From: Lama guanicoe
Lineage: Eukaryota
DNA length: 64,000 nucleotides
Assembly: GCA_013239625.1 (NCBI GenBank)
Contig: MU054049.1
Coordinates: forward strand, 1,677,892 to 1,741,891
Direction: 5' to 3'
The notes beneath the pieces were generated by a model that was not told where the DNA came from, searched no databases, and saw only the letters and a list, made by a program, of their open reading frames with translations. Shown here piece by piece: positions 1-12,400 of this stretch (its first letter is position 1; the number at the start of each line of letters is the position of its first letter). Made by a program: the position numbers and the translations under genes.

Positions 1-492
1 TGAAGGGCCAATTTTTTTTTATTTAGTAAAATGTTTATAAAACATGATAAAAATGAATTCACAGAAAATGGCACACCCATGCAACATACAAGACCATTTG
101 TTTCACTGTCAGATACAACACACACAAACTTCCTCTATCAGATGGTTGCAAGTTTCTGAAAGCTCCCTCGGGAGTCCCATGCTCACCCTGTCCTGGGTTG
201 GTCATTTCAGTTCATTCTGACTCCCACACTTGGAGCAGCAGGGCCATGAGACACTCTATCCGGTTCTGCCTCGTCCTCATTCCACCCCAGCTCACCTCCT
301 GGCTGCCTCTTGCCCTCAGGACTCAGCTCGGGCTCATAGTCTGGTCCTCAGTGAGGTTGTCCTGGCCACTCCTCCTGCCCTACCATCACTGTCCCATCAC
401 CCTGTCTCCCTACCTGCTTGTTGTCTTTGACCCACCGATGTACCCCAGGATCTGCACCCCATTAGAACAGGAAACTCATGTCTTGTTTGCAG

Positions 493-517
493 CTGGATCC
501 CTGGATCCCTGGATCCC
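493..517 (+). repeat. Short tandem repeat (CTGGATCC)x3
   Basis: ctggatccctggatccctggatccc read directly. Confidence 0.9.
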
Positions 518-559
518 ATTGCCTGGCTCAAGAGAGTGCTCAGAACATTTGTTGGCTGA

Positions 560-760
560 AAGGGTGGAAGGAAGGAAGGAAGCGGGGAGAGAGACAGACA
601 GGTAGAAAGAAAGAGAGAGAAGAAAAAAGGGGAGGAGGAAGAGGGGGGAGGAGATGGAAGAAGGACAGAGGGAAAAAGAGAAAGCAAGAGAGAAAAAGGG
701 GGAGGAGAAGGAGAAAGTGGGGGAGGAGGAGGAGGAAGGCGGGGATGGAGGGAGGGAAAA
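560..760 (+). repeat. GA-rich polypurine low-complexity tract
   Basis: About 200 nt almost entirely A/G; source of several spurious ORFs. Confidence 0.9.
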
Positions 761-1194
761 CATGAGGCATGCTGAGACCACAGGAGAAAGAGAGCTTTCT
801 GCCTTGAACTCAGAGGAGGCTTCTAGAAGAGGTGTGAAGGAGTAGGCTCTTGAAAGTGTGGAGGGAGTTTTCAAAACACGTTAATTGAGCATGGGGGTGG
901 GGGTGAGGTCACACCAAGCACCGATCAGCATTAAGCAGAGCAGAGGGTGAAAATGGCCAGACCCGCACATGCACACATGTGGTCCATGAGGCAGGGGTGA
1001 GGGAGACTAACAGAGGCCAGAGAACACCCTGAGGGTCCTCCTGGGCCCTGGAAACGCAAAGTTCCACTACTTTAAAAAGTGGGGACTCGAGCTTGCAGAC
1101 GGCCATGGTAATGCAGTTTTGGGGTCTGTGCCCTGCTTGGCCTAATCAAGTTATAATAGAACAAGAACTGTACAACATCAAGAGTGAACCCTAA

Positions 1195-1548
<354 letters not shown>

Positions 1549-3333
1549 TGAGCTTGGCAGGGATTCCCGGTCAGTCTCGTTTCTCTCCACTGGTTGGACT
1601 TTAAGAACGAGAATTGTCCATTGAGAATGCCTTCAGAAGGTTCCCATTTCAGCCCTGACCAGCCAGGTCAGGTCCAGAGAGCCACCTGGATAGACTCAAG
1701 TTCGTTAATGAGACCCGCATGTTCTCAGCACTTCTGCATGCAGTCACCCAGGCCACGGCCTTCCTGGAAACCACACACGGACAGATGGACAGACAGACAG
1801 CTTACAGACTGATGGATGGGACCTCGGTGTGGGCTCCATACTTACATTCATCCCATCTGATCCTACGGTGACCCTGCAGTGGGGACCTTAGAATTTCCAT
1901 TTGACAGATAAGGAGACGAGACTTAGGTTAAATGGCTTGTCCAAGGGTGAGAAGGACTCCTGGGTCTACCAATGTCACAAGCCCACACTCCATCCCCTGC
2001 AGCTCAGGTCCTCTGACTGCGTTCCAGAGGTTCCAACAAGGGTCCATGGGGGCCCAGGGGACAGGCTGAGCGTGAGGACTCCTAATCCCTCACCAGTGCC
2101 CACCAGACACCGTATATTCTCTTTATTAAGGCTCCACATAAATGTTCCATCTGACAAAAAGCTGTTTTGTTTTGTGTTAATACCCAAGTTTGACACCCAC
2201 CCCAGGAACTCCCCTGATACTTGCTCTACAATGTTTTCTCCTTCGGGTCATTTGACATTTCCAGTCTAAGTCAGAAGCCCTAAGTCTGCCATCTGAGGGC
2301 AGCTGTTCCCAGGTTCAAAGCTCACCTGACACCTGGCTGGCCACAAAAACAAGAACCTCTCTCCATCTTCACTTCAAAGTCAAACCCAGCATCCCCAGCC
2401 CCCACACCACACAGTATCCATCCTTTTGGGGAACACTCTCTCGGGGCTCCTGCTCTGAACCAGGCCACTTGGGACCAGGTACTCACGTCAAGCCAGCTGA
2501 GAAGGGATCTTGACCTGGGACTCGGAATAAAGCTCTTAATATAACGCCCAAGGCTCTAGCTTCAAAGCTATCGAATGACAGCCCGCCTGCCTTACATACA
2601 AAGCACATGCAGGCACACGTGTATAGGTGCACACACATGCGTAGAGCATTTTGGTGTGATTTTTCTATTTTAACCTTTCTCTGCATATTATTGGCTGGCT
2701 TGCTTTTTTTTTCCCCCTCCACTCACCAGTATGTGTGTGATGTATCCCCCTTCACTCTAGCTAGAACTAGTTCATCCCTTTAAACTGCTGGGTAGACATG
2801 CACTGGACAAGTCCAAGTTTTGCTTAGCCATTTCCCTACTGCCAATGTCACAAGCCTACATTCCATGCCCTGCAGCTCAGGTCCTCCTGAGAACATTTCG
2901 GCTCTGTCTACCATTTTGCTATTGCAAACAAGGCTGGTACATTCCTTTAGCTGTCTCCCGGGGCACAAGAGTACATGGTTGTCTAAGCCTTAGGCCAAAG
3001 TATGTATTTATAAGAGTGACTGAGTCACAGGGGATGCACAGTTTTAGTTTTGATGAACATTGACCTCCAACTGCGGTTATACCAATTTCTACTCAATTCC
3101 CCCCACACATAGTGGTTTTAATGGTCAACTAAGAGCTACAGAAACAAGCTTTCTTTAGCTAAGTTTAATCTGGCCTGCTTTGACTTGGGGCAGCTTGGAG
3201 TCCAGCACAGTCCACTGTGTTGAGCTGGTTCCCAAACTGTGAATGGCCTCTTCAGAACCATGACGTACCCTGGGAACCGTAGGCCTGAGCCTCCTCTGTC
3301 CTGCTCCCATGTGAAGGCTCAGGGAAGGCCTGA

Positions 3334-3564
<231 letters not shown>

Positions 3565-5475
3565 TAGCAGCAGTGCCCAGCGCGTCTCCACGCTCATCTC
3601 GCATCCTCACGCCCATCGCCTCCCTTCCTCCAGGGTCGGGCATCACGCCTCATTGCCATTTGCCATAGCACGGGACTCTTAGGCCTCCCTCCAACCCAGG
3701 ACCCATGGCAGGTTCTGCTGTCGCCTGAGGTCCCTTGAAGGTGAAGTCACCTTTGGTACCCTCCTATTTCATCTGACAAACGCGCTAGCGTTCTGGGTGA
3801 GGCTGACTAGCACTGGAATCCGAGGATGTCCAGGAATATTAGGGGAGGGAAGGTTTTGAGCTGGGGCTGCAATGAAGCAACTGTGCTTTACTGGTGGGCA
3901 GGGATGGTACTCAGGGGTCTGAGTCACTGGGAGAGCTGTCAGTTGGGGGTTGGTTGGGGATGGAGCCCATCGGAGACGATGGTTGGCTGCCTCCTTCACC
4001 TGATTTCTTGGTCCTAGAAGTCTTCATCTTCAAGTTAACTTTATCCTTCTGACTGCTGCTCTTAGGAAAGTTTCCAAGTATTCATATAAGAAATCCAGTA
4101 AAAGTCTTAACGTTTTCAAATCATCCTTCTGGAAATTACTTTTCAAATCCAAAGCAAGCTCTATTCTCAGGAACTGGCTGGAGAGCCTTACTTTCTTGCC
4201 TACATTAGAGAATTCCTGGATGAAAGGTGAGACTTATGTGATCATGCATCTGCCACTCAAGTTTTCATGCCACTCAGGGAGTCTGAATGGACCCCTGAGG
4301 GCCTGTAAACTGAGGACCTGGGCCAGGTCTGGGGAGTGTTAGAGACAGAGAGGATGAAGCCCTTTGCCCTGAGCAGCCACCTTGATTGGAATAGGGGAGA
4401 GAGGGCATATGGGGAAGCAGATTCAAGTCCCTAGTAATACAGTGTCTACCCATATACGGCAATAGAGACAGCAGGTGTCAAATACATGCTCCAGGACTTC
4501 AGAGAGGGGACAGAGCCCTTCCAATAGGGAGGCTTTTGAAAGGCTTTGTAGGAAGAGGTGGGAGTTGAACAGAGCCTTGTGACATGAGTGAAAGGGGCAG
4601 AAAAGATGGACAGCATCCAGGCAGGCAGACCGACTGTGGGTAAAGCCGACCACCCCAGCAGGGCCATCTCTGCCCTGCCCAGGACCATGGGGAGAGCAGT
4701 CTGGCCAGCAAAGATGGTCATGCTGGACATAATAGGAGAATTAGTTGGTGGGACTTGGCTCTCTGGCAACAGGCCCATCCCTCTTCCCAGGAAGTTCCTC
4801 CCCCAGAGCTGGCTGGCTCCTCGCACCATCCAGAACCCAGCCCAGGTGTCCCACCGTAGGCCCTCCTTGGAAAACCCTCCCACCCCTAGTCCACTCTGTC
4901 TTCTAGTCCTGTTTTCTCATCTTGACTGTTTCTCATTCTCTGACGTCAGCTTTTCATTTGTTTGATTCCTTCTGATTACCTGCCTCCCTCCCCAGCACCG
5001 TATATAAGGTCCAGGAGAACTGGTGCCTTATCTGGTTGAACTTCTGAATCTGCTGTGCCAAACACAGTAGGGCATTTGTCAAGTCAAAGCATGAAGGGTT
5101 CCGAAGACATATTTCCCATTTACCAATGAATTATACTTGTATTCACTTATTGGGCATCTTCAAATACTTGGCCCTAAATCAGAGGCTGTACAGGCCACAG
5201 GGAGGGGTAAGTGTTGACCCTGCTCCCCTGGACCTAACTGCCAAGTGGGGGAATTAATAACTTACCATTTGAAAGTGAGTTAATTCCCTCAGGAGACCAT
5301 GGTGTAATCCAATCCCACTCTTCTCCCCTCCAGGGACAGAGACAGGCATCAGAGTAATCACCTCGGCTTCCGGTACGGTTCCCACTCTATTAGCAGGCCA
5401 GGCCCTAGCCATCTCCCTGCAGGACTGAGCAGGATCGCCTTGGGGGCTGAGTGCCTGGGCTGCGCTAATCAGAAT

Positions 5476-5488
5476 TAATTTGCTAATG
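5476..5488 (-). promoter_or_regulatory. Isl1-Lhx3/Lhx8 hexamer response element-like motif CATTAGCAAATTA in CHAT intron
   Basis: + strand TAATTTGCTAATG is the reverse complement of CATTAnnnAATTA; lies in non-repetitive, TAAT-rich sequence. Confidence 0.55.
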
Positions 5489-7092
5489 ACACTTGATCTG
5501 GCCTTCTGAATGGAAGTGCTGTTTCTGAGGGAAGTACTTCTCTCAGAAGAGAGAAGTGGGGGGGCCACGTACTCCTTCCCTTTGTAAATCTAATTCATCC
5601 AGTTAGCACTGGCTGTGTCATCTCCACAGCGGGAAGCCCGTCCTTCACGGAGCCCTCCTCCCTGGAGCACCCTCTCCCACGGAAGGGACACGGGGAAATC
5701 CTTAAGGAGACGACTTCAGCGTAAAAGTGAAAGATTAAGGCAGCTTGGGCTAGAGTTGGGACTGAAGGTGGAAAGACATGGGTGGGGTCTAGATATATTT
5801 CAAAATCAAAGCGACAATAAGGAAAAGAGGAATGAAAATGATTCCTACGTTTTTGATGTTAGCAACCAAGTAGATGGTGGTACCATTCACTGAAATGGCT
5901 ACAGAATGGTGAAGTCCTTTCCAAGTATGTTAAGGTTGAGGTGCCTTGAGTCATCTAAGTGGAGATGTCAAGTTAGATCTATGTGTCTGGAGCTCAAGGG
6001 AGAGGTCAGGACAGAGATATAAATTTGAGAGCCGTCAGCACAGAAGTGATATTTAAAGCCCTGGACCTGGATGACATCATCTAGAAACAGAAGAAGGGGG
6101 CCTCAGAGGTCAGGGAGAGAAAGATGCAAAGGGGACTGAGAAAGAGCAGCCTGTGAAGTCAAGAAGAAACCAGGAGATGAATCACAAAGATCTAAGAGGG
6201 AAAGAGTGAGACACCAACCATGTGGAATTCTACTGAGAGCTCGCAGAAGAGCAGGTCAGAGAGGAGACTCTGGGCTTAGCAACCCTAAGTCATCTGTGAT
6301 CTCCACAAAAGTCAGACTGGAGTAGTAGGAAGGGTGAATGATTGTATGCTGATGGAAGTGATCCAAGAGTTGGAATTAATTGTTGATGAGATGATCACTG
6401 AGGAAGTATGGATGGTTCTTTTCAGATATTTTGGTACCAGAAGGAGCAGAGAAATGGGAGTTGTTGGAAGAGGATGAGGGTCAACAGAAATGTCCTTAGA
6501 AGGAGAGGCAAGTGCAAGGAAGTAACCCAGTAAGTGAAACTGGTAACGAGGAGAGAGGATAAAGGGAGGACTGAAATTCTTACAAAGGCAAAAGGAGATG
6601 GATCCCAGAGACTAAGAGGCCTTTGGTTGGTACAAGGAAGCTGGAAACCTGGGCCCAAGAATCTCGGGGATGTAGCTGCAGTGGCAGGAACATGAGGAGG
6701 TTCCCCACTGGTGGTTTCTGGTCTCAGATCAGCAGAGCCACAGCCATGTGCCTAGAGGGGTCCAGGTGGGATGCTAAAGATGGAAGAGAAGACACGAAAT
6801 AGCCTCTTGGAAAGTGGGAAAGACAACTTGCTCAGGAAACTTGGTAAGATTTCTGGACTGTGTTGAGCTCATATTTGAGGGCTTGGGGTGATACATTTTA
6901 GAAGAAGCTAATCACCATTGTTTGGCAATCCACTCCCCCCACCACCACCACCATAGTGTTCTGGTCCTGAGGTTCAGGCAAAGAGAAGATGGGTTACCAA
7001 GTTCAGCCAAGGTTGGCGAGCACAAGGGAGGTGGCAAGGGGGGACTGTGCAGGGGTCGGTTACAACGATGGAAACTAAACTGGGTCGGGAGG

Positions 7093-7485
7093 TGCATGAG
7101 TCCCCTCGGGTTGCCATGACAATGTACTGCAGACTGGCTGGCCTGAACATCAGCCATTTATTGTCTCATGATCTGGAAGCTAGACGTCAAAGATCTGGGT
7201 GTCAACAGGATGGGTGTCCTCTGGGTCCTCTCTTCTTGGCTCATAGATGGCTGTCTTCTTCCTGTGTCCCCACATCATCCTCCCTCTGTGTGTGCAGATA
7301 TCAGTGTCCTCATCTCCTCTTCTGATAAGGACACCAGTCATCATGCTGGATTTGGGCCCACTCTAGTGGCCTCATTTTAGTTTAACTCTAAAAAGACCCA
7401 TCTCCAAACACAGCCCCATTCTGAGGTAGAGCAGGTTAGGAATTCAACTTAGGAATTTTGAGGGGACACAGCTCAGCCCAGAACA
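7093..7485 (-). mobile_element. MaLR solo LTR (MLT1A/B-like)
   Basis: TG...ACA termini, TAAGGACACCAGTCAT and GGGGACACAGCTCAGCCC motifs; near-TSD ggagg/ggaag. Confidence 0.85.
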
Positions 7486-7490
7486 GGAAG

Positions 7491-7620
7491 GGGGAGGGTA
7501 TAGCTCAGAGGTAGAGCATGTGCATAGCGCGCCTGAGGTGCTGGGCTCAATCCCCAGTACCCCCAATAAATAAATAAACCTAATTATCACCCCCCACAAC
7601 AACAAACAAACAAACAAAAA
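7491..7620 (+). mobile_element. tRNA-derived SINE (camelid Vic-1-like), long form
   Basis: GGGGAGGGTATAGCTCAGAGGTAGAGC (A box)...GGGCTCAATCCCCAGTAC (B box), then AAATAAACCTAATTA extension and A-rich tail. Confidence 0.88.
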
Positions 7621-9329
7621 TCTAGACGCCATACCTGGAGGGAAGCGAAAGAAAGAGATGGGTGACAGCAAAAACAGGCAGTGGGGCTGATGGGTTTTGG
7701 AGGTGTCGGAGTGGTGAGACGTGCTGCAGTGGGAGGTAACAGATTGTGTGAACCAGAAGTCAAGGGTGTGGTCAGAGTGTGGGATGCTTGGACTGAGACT
7801 TCAGAGGGGGTCTGTTCCTGCCCAGATGTGATTGTGGGAGCGGGTGCTGAGGTTACACTATCAGGTGGAGGCGGCAAGAGGAGGATGCATGTGCATCACG
7901 CATAAGGCTATTTAAGTTACCGGAGTGATGATCGGAGTGGTGATGGTGGGGGAGGAAGGTGAGCCAGGGTCCAAGATCCTCAGGGTGGGTGCTTGTGAGG
8001 AAGTCAGTGGAGCACAGCAGCAAGGAGGGTGAAGTGATAGGGGATGAAAGTCTAACAGTTGCAGCTCCAAAGGGAACAGGCAGGGGGAGTTGTGTAGGAG
8101 CGGGAACAGGGAGCGGGGCACCACCCTCCGACCTGGTGCTGGGATGAGTGAAAAGGAAACTCAGTTTCCTAGGAGGAGGGAGGCAGGGACGTGAGTCCTC
8201 ATGGAGCCACCCTCCAATTGAGTCAGGGAGGTGAACCCAGCACTTTCAGAAGAGATTAACAGTGCAAAGGACCAGTGGGTCAGGCACCGTGAGGGGTTCC
8301 GCAAGGAGGAAAGGAGAGGGTGAGGGCTGAGTCCACACAGGGGACATGGGAGCATCCAGGGATGGGAGGTCCAGGAGAGACCCAGGGCTGGTGGTCACCA
8401 CTGCAAATGATGCTCTCAAATCCCTTACCTCTGGAAGCCTCTCTCTCCTGGTTCTAGGAGTAGCCGCTGGCTGTGGTTGTGAGGCTGTGGGTCTTTCTGG
8501 CTCACAGCAGTAGCACAATTAACACCGTCAAATGGGTTGAGCTTTCTAGGGTATCTCAACTGAAGTCCCAAGGACTTCGCCTCCCTTCCTGGAACCTGGG
8601 CAGAGACCAGAATCTGTGGGTACTGGGCCCAGACCAACACTGTCCAAGCTGAGCTCCACTGGTCCTAGTGGAGATCTGGACCCAGAAGTCTGAGCTCAGA
8701 CAAAAGCTACCCCTGAATCCTCATAGGGTCACCTGAGAACCAGAGGAGAAGTTGATTTCAACCCTCTCTCCTTCAGAGATGGTCCCTTATCCCCCAGTGG
8801 TGCCCCATCCCCCAACCAGGATGGCTCCCTCTGTGAGCACCCAGGCTGCCATGCATTGAGAAAGTGGAGGTCACAGATGTCCAGTAACCGCCAGCATGGC
8901 CCAGCGCACCAGCCAGCTGTCTGCGGCTGAGCCCATGCCCTTCCTCTGTGCCCTGTGCCCCACAGCCCCATGGCCCTTCAAACAGCCCTTCTCACCAGAG
9001 CTCACTGAGGACGCGGTGCGGGATGAGTGTGTGTGTTGTCATCACTATGGCAGCCTGATCACCCACAGCCAATGCCAAGGGGCTACAAGACCTATTAGGA
9101 CCATCACGGCCCCTGAGGCCTGCCATCTTGCCGGGGAGAGCAGAGTGTGCAGAATCATTAGGACAAGAGTGGGCAGGATAAAACCCAAGAGTCTCTGGCG
9201 GGAGTCCTGTAGGAATTTGGGGGCCTCAGCCCTCTGTGTGTTACAGCTCAGGAGGGCTCCCTGTGCCAAATGGGACTTGAAGCTAAACCCACATGGGTCG
9301 AGGTCAGTGTGACTGGAACTGGCCAGTGA

Positions 9330-9470
9330 CATCCAGATCACCTAGGAAGCTCCTTACAAAGCTTCCCCCAATCAGATTCCTGAATCCTGGTGATTTTCCA
9401 GTGGGACCAGAGTGATGCCAAAGAATCTGCATTCTTAAAGCACCCTCATGTGTAGCCCAGGTTGGGACCC
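9330..9470. mobile_element. MER5A-like hAT DNA transposon remnant
   Basis: ATCACCTAGGAAGCT...AGATTC...AAGAATCTGCATTCTTAAAGCACCC...AGGTTGGGACCCA resembles MER5A (from memory). Confidence 0.5.
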
Positions 9471-12400
9471 ACTTATTCAGATATTAGCGGCTACTGTGCA
9501 CGGCATTTCCCCTTGGTGCTGGGCCCTGTCCTGGGCACTTTCTGTCCCTTGTTGCTGTAGATCTTCATAACAGCCATGAGGTGGAGATTCCATCCCAACA
9601 GCGCAGAGGTGGCTGTGTCTCCCACGGGTTGAGGTAGTCCGCACTGTTACAGGTGGTCGGTGGTGGAGCCAGAACTGACCCAGGGGCATCTGTCACCCCA
9701 GTCTGAGATCTGTGGGGTCCCGGCAGGCAGGGGTGGGATTTGAGCCGTGGGAGGGGCGCACGCATCCCCTCAGGACCTCCCTCCCTGCTCTGCGCAAAGC
9801 TATGACCTTCCCGAACCCAGGAGGAGCCAACAGCGTTATCCTGGTCTGGAAATTTAATTAGACATTCAGCTCTGAGTCTGGAAGACTACAGCGCTTGTCA
9901 ATTTGTAGGAAAAGGATAACCAGCTCGGAGACCACCCCCTCCCCATCCCCAGCCCGCTGGCTTTCCCGGGTGCCGCCGTGGAGATCCTGCCAACAGACTT
10001 CGGAGGCAGATGCCTCCGTTTACTCGGTTTCGTAAATATTTATCCCCAGCAGCCAATTCGAGCTGAGCCACTGCTTTCAAGGAGGGAGCTGATAGAAGGT
10101 GGCTGTGTCTGTAGCAGGCCTCCCTGGTCATGGTTTACAAGAACCACTCGGGCTGGGGCATTTTGCTAGTTAAATATTGTCATCCAGAGGTAGGCAAGTC
10201 TGCTGATTTTAAAACCAATTACACATTAGCAGGAATGGCCTCTCTGATTTAATTGGCCCAGAAATTCCTCCTGGGCTCTTGAGGCTGAATGCTGTTTCTT
10301 TTCTTGGGGCTGATCCCTCCCTCCCGCTGTGGAAGCATGAAGGCTTTTCCGGGTGAGAGCATCCAGACAGGCAGAGGCATGTGGTCCAAGGCGAGAGGCC
10401 TGGGCTTGACCTGCCCCCAACTGCTGTCCCCTGGAGCCTGGTTTCCTAGGCTAGGATTTGCAGACGGCAGCCCCATCCCGTGGATAGGACCGAGGGGATG
10501 CAGAGGGGCTACAGAGCAGGGTGGCCTGGCGCCTGGTGCACAGAGGTGTTCGCTAAGGGAAAATTCTTATTAGATTTGGAAAAACACTCTGGGGATGTTC
10601 TGCGCAAGCCCACAGCCTCTCTTGAAAAATCTGGTGAACTGAAAATAGACACCTGTGGATGGGCACCACCCCTGTGGTCAGTGACAGTGGCCCGCGGCCC
10701 CTGACTGAATAACCCGCAGTCCTTGTGTGGAGCCCTAACCCCTATTGACCCTGGGGGGCTCCTTTGTCTCCCCCAGACTCCCCAAGAACCACATGCTCTA
10801 TGTGTACACATTCCAGACAGCTCTCTTTCATTTCGCCCTCACTTTCTGTTTCATGGGCAGCATGATGATATTTGGTTACAAGGCAGCTGAGAGGTGCTTT
10901 TTTTTGGTATCTACTGCCCTTTCTGCTCATCGCCCCTCCCCTAATTCTGGAAGTATGGTAGCTCTTTAAATCTGCTTTTGTGGGAAGGGTGGTTAGAACC
11001 CAGAAGAAAAAGTAATTGTTGGCTCTCGAGTTCTTTTTTTAAAAATTAAATTAAACTTATTTGGAGTTAATTGTAGATGCACGCACACTTTTAGGAAGTA
11101 CACTCACTTGTAGCTTTCCTCGCCCCCCACCCTCCCCCCAGGAGTAACAGCTTACAAATCTCATATCACAGCCAGGGCATTGACATTGATAGAGTCAAGG
11201 TACAGAACATTTCCATCCCCACAGGGATCCCTCTTGTTCCCTCACAGCCACACTGATTTCCCTCCCAGCCCCATCCCTTCTTAACCCTTAGCAGCCATTA
11301 GTCTATTCTTTATTTCTATAATGTTATTGTTTCAAGAATGCTGTATAAATGGAATCATGCCGTATGTAACCTTCTGAGATAATTCTCTGGAGAGTCATCC
11401 AAGTTGTTGCATGTGTGAATAGTGCACTCCTTTTTATATATTCCATGATGTGGATGCATTACAATGAGTGATGTAATCATTCACCCATTGAAGGACATCT
11501 GAATTGTTTTTACTTTTTGGCTCTTCCAAATAAAGCTATTATGAACATATATGCATAGGTTTTTGTGTGATCATACTTTTGCATTTCAGGAAAAATGCTT
11601 CAGAATGAAATTGCTAGGTCACATGATATCTGCATGCTCAGTTTTTTAAGAAGCTGCTAAAATGTTTTCCAGAGGGTACCATTTTACATTCCCATCAGCA
11701 ACATAGGAGTGATCCAGTTTCTGTGCATCCTCACCAGCATTTGGGGTTGCCACTATTTTTCATTTTGATTTAACCTTCTGATAGATGATAGATTATTGCA
11801 GTTGTTAATTTACATTTCTCTAATGATGCTGAATATCTTTCCATGTGCCAATTTTCCATCTATATCTCATCTTTGGTGAAATATCATTTCATGTCTTTTG
11901 CTCATTTTCTAACTGGATTGTTCAGGGTTTGGGTTTGGGTATTTTTTGTTTTTGTTTTTGTATTTTCACTGTGAGTTCTGAGAGTTGTTTTAATATATGT
12001 TACCAACCTTTTATTGAATATGTGATTTTATAATTTATTCTAATCTGTAGTTTGTCTTTTCATCTTCTTAACAGGGTGTTTCACTGAGCAAATGCTTTTA
12101 GTTTTGATGAAGTCCAATTTATCTATTTTTTCTTTTATGACCATGCATTTGGTGCCAAGTATAAGAATTCTTTGCCCAGCCCTTGATCCCAAAGATGATT
12201 TTTTTCTGTATTTTTTCTAAAAGTTTTATAATATTACATTGCACATTTAAGTTAACAATCCATTTTGAATTAATTTTCTATAAGATGTGAGATCTTTATC
12301 CAAGCTTTTTTTTTTTTCCGCAGGGAGTGGCTATGAGTGTCCAATTCCTTCAACAACATTTGTTGAAAAGGCTATCCTTCCTCCATTGAATAACTTTTGC

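Larger units (their letters stand above)
5700..8400 (-). mobile_element. Long decayed LINE-2, interrupted by the MLT1 LTR and SINE at 7093-7620
   Basis: GAGATATAAATTTGAGAGCCGTCAGC...ATTTAAAGCC reverse-complements the L2 core; purine-rich continuation; right boundary uncertain. Confidence 0.65.

Noticed and set aside
198..874. Stack of overlapping ORFs (up to 135 aa)
   Set aside because: Products of the polypurine tract and an L2 remnant; low-complexity translations with no splice context
1761..1769. STAT-type TTCCTGGAA sites (also 8586-8594)
   Set aside because: Short motif at about chance frequency with no supporting context
7491..7565. tRNA-like sequence with A and B boxes (also the six other copies)
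   Set aside because: Diverged copies with A-rich tails and TSDs; SINEs, not tRNA genes
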